A DNA stretch of 64,000 nt. It comes from an uncultured Gemmatimonadales bacterium. GTDB taxonomy: Bacteria > Gemmatimonadota > Gemmatimonadetes > Gemmatimonadales > GWC2-71-9. Below, piece after piece: positions 1-9,047 of the stretch (its first letter is position 1; each line of letters begins with the position of its first letter). The translations under genes were made by a program, and so were the position numbers. The stretch is taken from NCBI GenBank assembly GCA_963730185.1, contig CAVSQW010000006.1, positions 224,001 to 288,000 on the forward strand, in the 5' to 3' direction. A model generated the notes under the pieces. It was not told the DNA's origin, ran no database searches, and saw nothing but the letters and a program-made list of their open reading frames with translations.

Positions 1-709
1 CACCGCCGAAGGGCGTCACCCGTCCCTGCCAATCGGTGAAGACGCCGCCCGCCTCTTCGATCACCGGCACCAGCGCAGCCGCGTCCCAGGGGTTCATCTT
101 GTCGTCCACCATGGCGTCGGCCCGGCCGGTGGCCACCAGCAGGTAGCCGAAGCAGTCGCCCCAGGTGCGGACCACCCTGACCCGGGAAGCGAGCGCCCGC
201 CAGGCCTCACGGCGGTCGGGCCGGTCGGGAAATCGCTCGTCGGTGGTCAGGAGAGTCGCCGCCTCGACCGCCGCGATGGCCGAGACCCGGGCCCGGACGC
301 CGTTGCACCAGGCCCCTTCGCCGACGGCGGCCGCGATCAGCTGGCCCGCGGCGGCGCAGTGCACGGCGCCCGCCAACACGGTATCGCCCTCGAGCAGCGC
401 CACCAGGGTGCCCCAAAGCGGGGCTCCGGCGACGAAGCTCTTGGTGCCGTCGATCGGATCGATCAGCCAACGATAGCTCGCGGTGCCGGCCGTCTCGCCC
501 ATCTCCTCACCCGCCACCGCGTGGTCCGGAAAGCGCCTCGCGATCCAGTCGCGGGCGGCCTGCTCGGCGGCGCGGTCGGCGACGGTCACCGGGCTCCCGT
601 CGCCCTTCCACTCCACCTCGATCGGCCGCCCGAAGTGGCGGAGGGCCACGTCGCCCGCGACCTGGGCGACGTCGGTGACCGCTTCGAGCCAACGCTCCGC
701 TTGGTTCAC
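1..709 (-). CDS. hisN: Histidinol-phosphatase, inositol monophosphatase family (3' end runs off the window)
   Basis: Hand translation from GTG at 709, overlapping the hisF stop: MNQAERWLEAVTDVA...KGDGSPVTVADR...GEE...WLIDPIDGTKSF...RTWGDCFGY...WDAAAL. These are IMPase motifs, and the gene follows hisF. Not in the ORF track. Confidence 0.88.
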   Translation of the reverse strand, partial: MNQAERWLEAVTDVAQVAGDVALRHFGRPIEVEWKGDGSPVTVADRAAEQAARDWIARRFPDHAVAGEEMGETAGTASYRWLIDPIDGTKSFVAGAPLWGTLVALLEGDTVLAGAVHCAAAGQLIAAAVGEGAWCNGVRARVSAIAAVEAATLLTTDERFPDRPDRREAWRALASRVRVVRTWGDCFGYLLVATGRADAMVDDKMNPWDAAALVPVIEEAGGVFTDWQGRVTPFGG

Positions 710-1467
710 CAGGTCCTCCGGGTGGGGATGCCGGCCGCCGCCATGCTCCGCTTGAGGTCGCCGACCGTGGTGACGCCGTCGTGCACGATTCCCGCGACCA
801 GCGCCGCCTGGGCGCCGCCGGTGGTGAGGGCCGCGATCACGTGGTCCGCGCCGCCCGCGCCGCCCGACGCGATGACCGGCACCGGGGCGGCCTCCGCGAT
901 GGCCCGGGTGAGCTCCAGATCGTAGCCGCTTCGGACCCCGTCGCGATCGATGCTGGTGACCAGGAGCTCGCCGGCGCCCATCGCGGCGGCCCGCGAGGCC
1001 CACTCCACCGCGTCGAGCTCGGTGGGCTGATGGCCACCCCGAGTATACACCCGCCATCTGGTGCCGTCGCGCGCCGCGTCGATGCTGACCACCACGCACT
1101 GGGCCCCGAACCGGGCCGCGGCCTCGGAGATCACCTCGGGCCGGTCCGCCGCGGCCGAGTTGAGGCTCACCTTGTCGGCGCCGGAGCGGAGGGCCCGGCC
1201 CACGTCGTCGGCCGTTCGGATCCCGCCGCCGATGGTGAGCGGGATGAAGAGGCGCTCGGCTGTCGCCCGGGCCTGCTCGAGCAGGGTGGCCCGCTCCTCC
1301 GCGGTCGCCGAGATGTCGAGGAAGACGACCTCGTCGGCGCCTTCCCGCTCATAGCGGGCCGCCAGCTCGGGCGGGTCGCCCAGATCGCGCAGGTTCTTGA
1401 ACTGGACCCCTTTCACCACCCGTCCCGCCTTGACGTCGAGGCAGACCACCAGCCGCTTGGCGATCAT
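706..1467 (-). CDS. hisF: Imidazole glycerol phosphate synthase cyclase subunit
   Basis: MIAKRLVVCLDVKAGRVVKGVQF...GADEVVFLDI...TSIDRDG...PVIASGG. ATGA overlap with hisB. Confidence 0.96.
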   Translation of the reverse strand: MIAKRLVVCLDVKAGRVVKGVQFKNLRDLGDPPELAARYEREGADEVVFLDISATAEERATLLEQARATAERLFIPLTIGGGIRTADDVGRALRSGADKVSLNSAAADRPEVISEAAARFGAQCVVVSIDAARDGTRWRVYTRGGHQPTELDAVEWASRAAAMGAGELLVTSIDRDGVRSGYDLELTRAIAEAAPVPVIASGGAGGADHVIAALTTGGAQAALVAGIVHDGVTTVGDLKRSMAAAGIPTRRTW

Positions 1468-1997
1468 CGGCGCACCTGGACCTCGCCTTTGGTCGACCGG
1501 ATCCGGTCGGCGGGACGGGCCGCCTGGCTCAACGCCCCACCCAGGGCCTTGAACCCGGCTTCGACGACGTGGTGACGGTCGCTCCCGCGGATCACCCGGA
1601 GGTGGAGCGTGGCCCGGGCGTGATCGGCGAACGACCGCATCCAATGGTCGTAGAGCGAGCTCGGCAACGGGCCCTCGTAGTAGGGCCGGCCGCCGGCGTC
1701 GAGGGCGCACTCCACCAGGGCGTCGTCCATCGGGACGACCCGGTGGCCGTACCGGACCCGCGGCCCGGCGGCGGCCTCGGCGTACCCGGCGCCGAAGGCG
1801 ATCGCGGTATCCTCGATCACGTGATGGCGGAGGTCGCCCCGGGCGTGGAGCCGGAGTCCGAACCCGGCGTAGCGGGCCAGCGTCTCCAGCATGTGGGTCA
1901 GGAACCGGTAGGGGGTGTCGACCTCGATCGGGCCGCCCTCCAGCGCCAGGTCCACCCGGATGGTGGTCTCCTTCGTCTCCCGCACGATGCTGCTCAT
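1464..1997 (-). CDS. hisB: Imidazoleglycerol-phosphate dehydratase
   Basis: RETKET, HHVIED, PMDDAL and HHVVEAGFKA motifs. Confidence 0.95.
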   Translation of the reverse strand: MSSIVRETKETTIRVDLALEGGPIEVDTPYRFLTHMLETLARYAGFGLRLHARGDLRHHVIEDTAIAFGAGYAEAAAGPRVRYGHRVVPMDDALVECALDAGGRPYYEGPLPSSLYDHWMRSFADHARATLHLRVIRGSDRHHVVEAGFKALGGALSQAARPADRIRSTKGEVQVRR

Positions 1998-2707
1998 TGC
2001 CCGAACTCCTCGGCCGCCGCCCGAGGGTCGAGCGAGCCGGTATAGAGTGCCATGCCGATGACCGCGCCGGCGGCGCCGGCCCGATCGAGGTCCCTCAAGT
2101 CCGCCAGGCTCCGAATCCCGCCCGACGCCAGGAGGGGAAGCTCGGTCGCCACCCGGACCGCGTGCATCAGCTCGAGATCCGGTCCCTCCAACCGTCCTTC
2201 GACGTGCACCGCCGTGACCAGCACGCCGGCCAATGGCAGCCCCCGAAGCCGGGTCATGAGATCCAGCACGTCGAGACCGGCCCCAGCGGTCCAGCCCCGG
2301 ACCACCACCTCGCGGCCGCGGACGTCGGCGGCCACCACGATCCGGCCCGGGTGCCTCGTGGCGAGGCCCTCGAGCCACGACGGATCCTGCACCGCCCGGG
2401 TCCCGACCACGGCGGTCGACGCACCGCGACCCAGCAGGTCCGTGACCCGCTCGGTGGTGGCCAGACCTCCCCCGACCTGAAAGCTCAGGCCGTCGAGCCT
2501 CACCAGGGCATCGATCACCGCGCCGTTCTCGCCCCGGCCGGTGGCCGCGTCGAGGTCCACGACGTGGAGCTTTCCGAAGCCGAGCTCGCGCCAGCGGGTC
2601 GCGGCGGCGACCGGATCGGGGAGCCGGATCCGCTCGTCGGCGAAGTCGCCGCCGACCAGCTGCACGCAGGCGCCGTCGCGGAGGTCGATCGCCGGCATCG
2701 CGATCAT
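1994..2707 (-). CDS. hisA: ProFAR isomerase
   Basis: MIAMPAIDLRDGACVQLVGG...LHVVDLDAA...QVGGG...ASGGIRS...GMALY. Confidence 0.95.
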   Translation of the reverse strand: MIAMPAIDLRDGACVQLVGGDFADERIRLPDPVAAATRWRELGFGKLHVVDLDAATGRGENGAVIDALVRLDGLSFQVGGGLATTERVTDLLGRGASTAVVGTRAVQDPSWLEGLATRHPGRIVVAADVRGREVVVRGWTAGAGLDVLDLMTRLRGLPLAGVLVTAVHVEGRLEGPDLELMHAVRVATELPLLASGGIRSLADLRDLDRAGAAGAVIGMALYTGSLDPRAAAEEFGQ

Positions 2708-3297
2708 CCGCCCATCTCCTCGAGAAAGCCCCGGATCAGGGCGACACCGGCCGACGAGCTCTTCTCGGGGTGGAACTGGACGCCGAGCATCCGGCCGGTC
2801 CGAATCGCCGCCGGGAAGCGGTCGCCTTCGTACTCCGTCCAGGCGACCACCGTGCTCGGGTCCTCGGGGCGGCAGGCGAAGCTGTTGGCGTAGTAGCCCC
2901 AGTGGAGCCCGGCCCGGACGAAAGCCGGGTCGTCGCTGGCGATCTCGTTCCAGCCGATTTCGGGCAGGCGGGCCGCGGCGAGCCGGGTTACCGAGCCGGC
3001 CACGACGGCCAACCCCCGCCCGGGACCCTCCTCGCTGGCCTCGAAGAGGAGCTGCATCCCGAGGCAGATCCCGAGGCAGGGCAGCCCGCCCACCAGGGCG
3101 CGGCGCATCGCCTCGAGCCCCGGCGCCAGCCGAGCCGCCGCCGGCGGGAAGGCGCCCACCCCGGGCAGGACCAGCACGTCGGTCTCGGCGGCGCGGGTGG
3201 GGTCGGTCTCGACCACCGGCTCGGTGCCGACGGCGGCCACCGCCTTGGCGAGCGAGTGGAGGTTGCCGGCGCCGTAGTCGAAGATGGTGATTCTCAT
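2704..3297 (-). CDS. hisH: IGP synthase glutamine amidotransferase subunit
   Basis: DYGAGNLHS, LPGVGAF, GICLGMQ and QFHPEKS motifs. Confidence 0.96.
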   Translation of the reverse strand: MRITIFDYGAGNLHSLAKAVAAVGTEPVVETDPTRAAETDVLVLPGVGAFPPAAARLAPGLEAMRRALVGGLPCLGICLGMQLLFEASEEGPGRGLAVVAGSVTRLAAARLPEIGWNEIASDDPAFVRAGLHWGYYANSFACRPEDPSTVVAWTEYEGDRFPAAIRTGRMLGVQFHPEKSSSAGVALIRGFLEEMGG

Positions 3298-4340
3298 CGG
3301 GGAAGCTCGCCCAGCGCGCGGGCAACCCGTTCCATGACCGGGATCGGCCCGACCGTGATCCGGAGCAGGTCGCCCACGTGAGGCAGGTTCCGGAAGGCGC
3401 GGACCCCGAGCCCGCGCGCCGCCAGGTGGCGCGCGGCCGCCGGCGCATCGGGCACGGGCAGGCCCACGAAATTCGCCGCGGATTCCAGCGGGGCGAGCCC
3501 CAGGTCGCGGAGCGCACCGACCAGCCAGGCCCGGGCCTCGAGCACCTGAGCCACGATCCCGGCCAGCCACGCCCGATCGTGCCGGACGGCGGCCGTCGCC
3601 GCCCGCTCCGCCAAGGCGTTGACCTTGTACGGCCCGCGGGCCTTTTCCAGCTCCTCGATCAGCGCGGCCGAGCCCACCGCATAGCCGACCCGGAGGCCGG
3701 CCAGGCCCCAGGCCTTGGAGAAGGTCCGAGTCACCAGCACGTTCCCCCGCCGGGCGGCCTCGCCCACCCGCGAGACCCCGGCGAACTCGGCGTAGGCCTC
3801 GTCCAGGATCACCAGCCCCGGCGCCCGGTCCAGGAGTCGGTCCAGCGCCCCGGCCTCGGTCAGCGTGGCGGCCGGATTGTTGGGCGAGGCGAGATAGATG
3901 AGCGGCGCGCCCGTGGCGAGCATGGCGTCGACGTCGGGCTGGAAGTCGGGCCGGACCTGGACCGGCACCGGCCGGAGCGAGTTGGCCCGGGCAAAGTGGG
4001 CCGTCATCACGAAGGTCGGGGCCGCGAACGCCACGGTGCTCCCCGGATCGACGAAGGCGCGCATGGTGGAATCGATCAAATCGTTCGATCCGCACCCGGC
4101 CAGCACCTGACCCGGCTCCACTCCCAGCCACTCGGCGATCGCCTGCCGGAGGGGCGCGGTCGTGAGGGTCGGATAGCGCGAGGGGTCGTCGGTCCACTCC
4201 CGCACCGTGGCCAGGGCCGACGGCGCGGTGCCGAACTGGTTGGTGTTGTCGCCCAGGTCGACCTCCACCGGAACGGCGTCGTTCCGGTAGACCGCCAGGT
4301 CGCGATACGCCGCTCGGGGCGCAAAGATCCGTTCCGTCAT
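3294..4340 (-). CDS. hisC: Histidinol-phosphate aminotransferase
   Basis: SPNNP, DEAY and RTFSKAWGLAGLRVGY motifs, plus operon context. Confidence 0.94.
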   Translation of the reverse strand: MTERIFAPRAAYRDLAVYRNDAVPVEVDLGDNTNQFGTAPSALATVREWTDDPSRYPTLTTAPLRQAIAEWLGVEPGQVLAGCGSNDLIDSTMRAFVDPGSTVAFAAPTFVMTAHFARANSLRPVPVQVRPDFQPDVDAMLATGAPLIYLASPNNPAATLTEAGALDRLLDRAPGLVILDEAYAEFAGVSRVGEAARRGNVLVTRTFSKAWGLAGLRVGYAVGSAALIEELEKARGPYKVNALAERAATAAVRHDRAWLAGIVAQVLEARAWLVGALRDLGLAPLESAANFVGLPVPDAPAAARHLAARGLGVRAFRNLPHVGDLLRITVGPIPVMERVARALGELPR

Positions 4341-5644
4341 CGCAACGTCTCCCAATAGCGGGCCGCGCTCGCGTGCCCCGGTAGTCCCTCCGCCTCGGCC
4401 AGCAGCGCCACGTCGGCGGCCAGCGCCGCGGCGGCGGCCGGGCTCACCGTCTGGATCGAGGTCCAGCGGACGAAGTCCTCGGGGCCGAGTCCCGAATAGG
4501 CGCGGGCCAGGCCGCCGGTCGGGAGCACGTGATTGGCGCCCGTCAGGTAGTCGCCGAACGGGACCGAGCTGGCGACGCCGACGAAGACCGCCCCCGCGTT
4601 CCGGAGAAGCGGCGCGACGGCCTCCGCCTGGTCCAGCGCCACCAGAAGGTGCTCGGCGGCGTAGCGATTGGCGAACTCGATCGCCTCGTCGACGGTCTCG
4701 GTCCGCAGCAGGCCGCCGGCCGCCGCCAACGACTCGAGCACCACCGCCGACCGGGGCGCCTCGGCCGCCAGGGTGGCCAGCTGGGCCTCGATCGCATCCG
4801 CCAGCGCGGCGGGTCCGATCACCACCGCCACCGAGGCGGCCCGGGGATCGTGCTCGGCCTGCGCCACCAGCTCCCGCGCGACCGCCTCGGGGGGGGCCGA
4901 CCGGTCGGCCAGAATCAGAACTTCGCTCGGGCCGGCGGGACCGTCGATCCCCACCAGGTGCGCCACCTGGAGCTTGGCCTCCATGACCCAGGCGTTCCCG
5001 GGGCCCACGATCCGGTCGACCCGCGGCACGCTCGCGGTGCCGAGGGCCATGGCCGCGATCGCGCCGGCGCCACCCAGGGCGAACACTCGGTCGACCCCGG
5101 CCAGCTGGGCCGCCGCCAGCACCAGATCGTGGGGCCGGCCGGTCCGGTCCGGTGGCGAGCAGAGGATCACCTCGGCCACGCCTGCCACCCGGGCCGGCAC
5201 GGCGGCCATCAAGACCGAGCTCGGGTAGGCCGCCCGCCCGCCGGGGGCGTAGATCCCGACCCGGCCCACCGGATCGGGCCGCCGAACCAGCCGGACGCCG
5301 GGCTCCGGCTCCACGCTGCGCGCCTCGGGCATCCAGGCCCGGTGGGCGGTCTCGAGGTTCCGGGCGGCCCGCTCGAGCGCGGCCCGAACCGTCGGCGGCG
5401 TTCGGGCCAGCGCCTCTCGGCACGCCGAGCGCGGCACCTCGAGCGTCGCCAGGGTCGCACCATCGAGTCGGCGAGCCAGTTCGACCAGGGCGTCGTCGCC
5501 AGAGGCGCGCACCAGTTCGACGATGTCCGCCACCGTGCCGCGGATGGCCTCTCCACCGGGCAGCACCCGGTCGAACAGCCGCCGGCGGGTTTCGGCGTCG
5601 AGCTCACCGACCGCGCCGCGGAAGGCCAGGGTGACGCCGCTCAT
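4337..5644 (-). CDS. hisD: Histidinol dehydrogenase
   Basis: GIYAPGGRAAYPSS, GPGNAWV, AGPSEV, QAEHD and GDYLTGANHVLPT motifs. Confidence 0.97.
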   Translation of the reverse strand: MSGVTLAFRGAVGELDAETRRRLFDRVLPGGEAIRGTVADIVELVRASGDDALVELARRLDGATLATLEVPRSACREALARTPPTVRAALERAARNLETAHRAWMPEARSVEPEPGVRLVRRPDPVGRVGIYAPGGRAAYPSSVLMAAVPARVAGVAEVILCSPPDRTGRPHDLVLAAAQLAGVDRVFALGGAGAIAAMALGTASVPRVDRIVGPGNAWVMEAKLQVAHLVGIDGPAGPSEVLILADRSAPPEAVARELVAQAEHDPRAASVAVVIGPAALADAIEAQLATLAAEAPRSAVVLESLAAAGGLLRTETVDEAIEFANRYAAEHLLVALDQAEAVAPLLRNAGAVFVGVASSVPFGDYLTGANHVLPTGGLARAYSGLGPEDFVRWTSIQTVSPAAAAALAADVALLAEAEGLPGHASAARYWETLR

Positions 5645-6504
5645 GGCAGGAGCCGCTCGATCCGGGTGACCAGGATTCCCTCGCCACCTAACGACTTGAT
5701 CCCGGCGATCGCGCGGTCGAGCTCGACCGCCGGCACCACGGCGTGGACGGCCACCATCCGCCCGCCGTTCAGGATGTCGACGACCGTGGGTCCGTTGAGC
5801 CCGGGGAGGACGGTCTTGATCCGCTCGAGCTCCGCCCGGGGCACGTTGGCCATCACGTACCGCTGGCCCCGCGCCCGCACCACGGACTCCAGCTGGATCA
5901 CCAGCCGATCGAGCGCCGCGATTCGCTCCGGCGAACCGTTCGCCCGGGGGCCCGCCACCAGCCGGGCCGACGACTCGAACACGGTGACGATCTCGCGGAG
6001 CCCGTTGACCTTGAGGGTCGAGCCGGTCGACACCAGGTCTACGATCAGGTCGGCGATCCCCAGGTGCGGGGCGATCTCGGTGGCGCCGGAGACCGGCACC
6101 ACGTCGACCGGGCGGCCCAGTTTCTCGAAGAATCTCCGGGTGGCTCGCGGAAAGACGGTCGCCACCCGGGCCCCGCTCGGGATGTCGTCCAGCGACTCGA
6201 TCCCGCTCTCCTCCCGCGCCGCCACCACCAACCGGCACCGGCCAAAGCCCAGATCCAGCCGTTCGACCAGGTCCCGACCCGATTCCGTCACCAGGTCGAG
6301 CCCGGTGACCCCGGCGTCGGCGGCCCCGTCGGCCACGAACTCGGGAATGTCCTGGGCCCGGACGAAGATCGCCTCGGATGACGAGCCCAGGGTGGCGATC
6401 AGGGCGCGCTCGTTCTGGATCCGGACGCCGAGGCCGGCGTCCTCGAAGAGTCCCCGGGCCTCGTCCGCCATCCGGCCCTTGTTCGGCAATGCCACTCGCA
6501 ACAT
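5641..6504 (-). CDS. hisG: ATP phosphoribosyltransferase (long form)
   Basis: MLRVALPNKGRM...RAQDIP...GATEIAP...DLVSTGSTL, followed by the C-terminal regulatory domain. Confidence 0.96.
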   Translation of the reverse strand: MLRVALPNKGRMADEARGLFEDAGLGVRIQNERALIATLGSSSEAIFVRAQDIPEFVADGAADAGVTGLDLVTESGRDLVERLDLGFGRCRLVVAAREESGIESLDDIPSGARVATVFPRATRRFFEKLGRPVDVVPVSGATEIAPHLGIADLIVDLVSTGSTLKVNGLREIVTVFESSARLVAGPRANGSPERIAALDRLVIQLESVVRARGQRYVMANVPRAELERIKTVLPGLNGPTVVDILNGGRMVAVHAVVPAVELDRAIAGIKSLGGEGILVTRIERLLP

Positions 6505-6526
6505 GTCGTCCGCTCGCGATCCTGGG

Positions 6527-6558
6527 AAAACGAAAGGCCCGTCCACTCGGGACGGGCC
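6527..6558 (-). terminator. Intrinsic terminator of the his attenuator
   Basis: Minus strand reads GGCCCGTCC-CGAGT-GGACGGGCC-TTTCGTTTT (9-bp stem plus U tract), 22 nt upstream of hisG. Confidence 0.85.
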
Positions 6559-6598
6559 GGAGGCGCTGGGAGAGCGCCGGTGTGGTCGAACCTGACCG

Positions 6599-6676
6599 CT
6601 AGCCGCGCCCGCGCTCCCGACCCCGGCCCGAGAGGCCGTGGCGATGATGCCCGTGGTGGTGCAGCGATCCGTTCAT
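6599..6676 (-). CDS. hisL: His operon leader peptide, 25 aa: MNGSLHHHGHHRHGLSGRGRERGRG
   Basis: ATG AAC GGA TCG CTG CAC CAC CAC GGG CAT CAT CGC CAC ... TAG. Six His in 8 codons, directly upstream of the terminator and hisG. Confidence 0.88.
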   Translation of the reverse strand: MNGSLHHHGHHRHGLSGRGRERGRG

Positions 6677-6684
6677 GGGCGACG

Positions 6685-6713
6685 AAGCTAGCCTCGGGCG
6701 GGAAGGCGGTCAA
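6685..6713 (-). promoter_or_regulatory. Sigma70-like his promoter
   Basis: TTGACC-N17-TAGCTT, ending 8 nt before the leader ATG. Confidence 0.65.
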
Positions 6714-6976
6714 GGCGCGGGAACGGGAAGGGTGACGCCCACCGGAAACCGAGGAGAAACCGATGAGCCCCACCACAAGCTGAGGCCGATCCCGCACCGC
6801 AGCTGCCGTCGTCGGACACGAACGCCCGGCAAGGCGTCCGACCGCCGGCGGCTCCCTTCCCGGGCAGTATGATCTAGGACGTCCCAAAGTGTCGAAAGGT
6901 TGCACGGGCCGGCCTTGCCGGGGTTGCCTGTGACCCGGCAGGGACCTAACGTGAGCCGGAACCCGGAGGTCCACCA

Positions 6977-7711
6977 ATGTGGCGATTGCGCACCGCCGGG
7001 GTCATGGCGGCGATCGCGCTCCCGGCCACCCTGGCCGCCCAAGCCCCCCTGGTCGGCACCGTCACCGACGCGACCTCCGGTCAGCCGATCGCCGGGGTCG
7101 AGTTGACCATCGAGCAGTGGGGTCTCCACGCCACGAGCGACTCTGCGGGACACTATCGGATCGTGCTCCCCGGCGGCGTCTACCAATTCCGGGCTCGGAA
7201 GATCGGCTACCAACCGGAGACCCGGATCCTGAACGTGGTGGTGGCCGACACGATTCACCTCGACCTCACCATGACGATCGCGCCCGTCCAACTGCCCGAG
7301 CTCACCGCCAAGGCCGTTTGGGACATGCGGTACCGGTCGGAGTTCGAGCAGCGGGTCAAGGAGGGGTTCGGCCATTTCCTCACGCCCGCACTGCTCCGGA
7401 AGAACGAGCATCGGACGCTGGCCTCGCTGATCCAGGCGGCGGCGCCCGGCGCCCACGTGATCCACCGCGGCGGACGGGCCTACGCCCGCGGGCGAAAGGG
7501 CTGCCCGATGGCGGTCTGGATCGACGGCATCATTCAGTACCTCCCGTCGATCGGCGGGTCGGCCGGGTTCGCGCCCCCTGATCTGAACGAGTGGCCGGTC
7601 GAGGAGATCGAAGGCGTGGAGGTCTACGTCGGCCCGACCGAGACCCCGGCCGAGTACAACCTGACCGGCTCGGATTGCGGCGTGCTGCTGATCTGGACCC
7701 GCCACCGCTGA
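6977..7711 (+). CDS. Secreted protein with CarboxypepD_reg-like and TonB-plug-like domains, no barrel (paralogue 1)
   Basis: Signal peptide, then GTVTDATSGQPIAGV..SDSAGHYRI..RKIGY. The C-terminus VWIDG..EEIEGVEVYVG..CGVLLIWTR resembles the end of a TBDT plug. GGAGG SD. Confidence 0.75.
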   Translation: MWRLRTAGVMAAIALPATLAAQAPLVGTVTDATSGQPIAGVELTIEQWGLHATSDSAGHYRIVLPGGVYQFRARKIGYQPETRILNVVVADTIHLDLTMTIAPVQLPELTAKAVWDMRYRSEFEQRVKEGFGHFLTPALLRKNEHRTLASLIQAAAPGAHVIHRGGRAYARGRKGCPMAVWIDGIIQYLPSIGGSAGFAPPDLNEWPVEEIEGVEVYVGPTETPAEYNLTGSDCGVLLIWTRHR

Positions 7712-7856
7712 CCACGTCCGAGTGCCAGGCGCGCGTCCGGCCGCCGCTGGTGTCCGCTGGCTACCCAATCCCGGCGAACTGTCCAATCGACCAAGGCGTT
7801 GCGCCCCGACCATCCCGACCCTTAACGTGGTTCGGTCGTGAGTGGGAAGAGGCTGT

Positions 7857-8588
7857 ATGCGGGTTACCAGCGTGGCCCTGGCCGCCCTCGCGGTCGCGGC
7901 CCCCATCGCCGCCGCCGCTCAGGCTCCCCTGGGCGGCACCGTTCGCGACGCCCAGTCCGGCCGGCCGCTGGATGGCGTCGCCGTCACCATCGACCAGTGG
8001 GGCCTGGCCGCCACGACCGACTCGAGCGGGCGATACCGGCTCGTCGTCCCAGGGGGCGAATACGAGATCGAGGTTCGCCGGATCGGTTACCGGCCCGAGG
8101 CCCGCCTGCTGTCCGTCGTGGTCCGGGACTCCATTCCGCTCGACGTCGCGCTCTCCCCGCAACCGGTGGAGCTCCCCGAGCTGGTCGCCGTCGCCGAGGC
8201 CCGGAACCGGTTCTGGGCGCCGATCGAGGAGCGAATCCGGCACGGTATCGGCAACTACTTCACGGAGGACATCCTCGGGAAATCGGAGAACCGGCGGTTC
8301 AGTGACCTGCCCCAGACTCGGGTCGCGGGGCTGTCGGTCCAGCGGAGGGGCAGCAAGTCGGTCGCTCTCGGCCGCGGCGGCTGCCCGATGGCCATCTGGG
8401 TCGACGGTCTCAGGATCTGGGCGCCGACCACGCTGGGCCAGCCGACCCCGCCGCCGGACCTCGATCAGTGGCAGCCCGCCGACTTGCAGGTGGTGGAGGT
8501 CTACGTCGGCACCGCGCGGACCCCGATGGAGTTTCAGGTCACGGGGTCGGCGTGCGGCTCGCTGGTGATCTGGACCCGCCACCGCTGA
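7857..8588 (+). CDS. Secreted protein with CarboxypepD_reg-like and TonB-plug-like domains (paralogue 2)
   Basis: Same architecture as paralogue 1. Shares GCPMA(V/I)W(I/V)DG and ends ...CGSLVIWTRHR. Confidence 0.75.
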   Translation: MRVTSVALAALAVAAPIAAAAQAPLGGTVRDAQSGRPLDGVAVTIDQWGLAATTDSSGRYRLVVPGGEYEIEVRRIGYRPEARLLSVVVRDSIPLDVALSPQPVELPELVAVAEARNRFWAPIEERIRHGIGNYFTEDILGKSENRRFSDLPQTRVAGLSVQRRGSKSVALGRGGCPMAIWVDGLRIWAPTTLGQPTPPPDLDQWQPADLQVVEVYVGTARTPMEFQVTGSACGSLVIWTRHR

Positions 8589-8594
8589 GGGTCT

Positions 8595-9047
8595 CTAGCC
8601 TTCCACCAGCCGGGCCAGCTCCGCGAGCACCCGCTTCTGTCCCTTGGGATCGCGGGTCGCGATGAAGATCGTATCGTCGCCGGAGATGTTGCCGAGGATG
8701 TCGGGCCAGGCCAAGCGGTCGAGCGCCACGCCCACTCGGTTGGCTTCACCCGGGGGTGTGTGCACCACGATCAGCACCTCGCCGGCCGGTGAGTAGGCCA
8801 GCACGCCCTCGACGATCCGCTGCTCGTCCAGGTCCGTCCGGGGCGGCCGGGTCAGGGCGGACCGCTTGTAGGCCCTCTCCACCTTGACCAGCCCCAGGCT
8901 CGCGATGTCACGGCTGACCGAAGGCTGAGTGACCTCCCACCCCTCGCGGGCCAGCGCGTCCGCCAGCTCCTCTTGGGTGTGGATCGCGTGCGTCTCGATC
9001 AGCTCGAGGATCTTGAGCTGCCGCTGACGGCGATCCTTCCTGATCAT
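8595..9047 (-). CDS. argR: Arginine repressor
   Basis: RQLKILELI..TQEELADAL..VTQPSVSRDI..LVK and GNISGDDTIFI motifs. Confidence 0.95.
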   Translation of the reverse strand: MIRKDRRQRQLKILELIETHAIHTQEELADALAREGWEVTQPSVSRDIASLGLVKVERAYKRSALTRPPRTDLDEQRIVEGVLAYSPAGEVLIVVHTPPGEANRVGVALDRLAWPDILGNISGDDTIFIATRDPKGQKRVLAELARLVEG

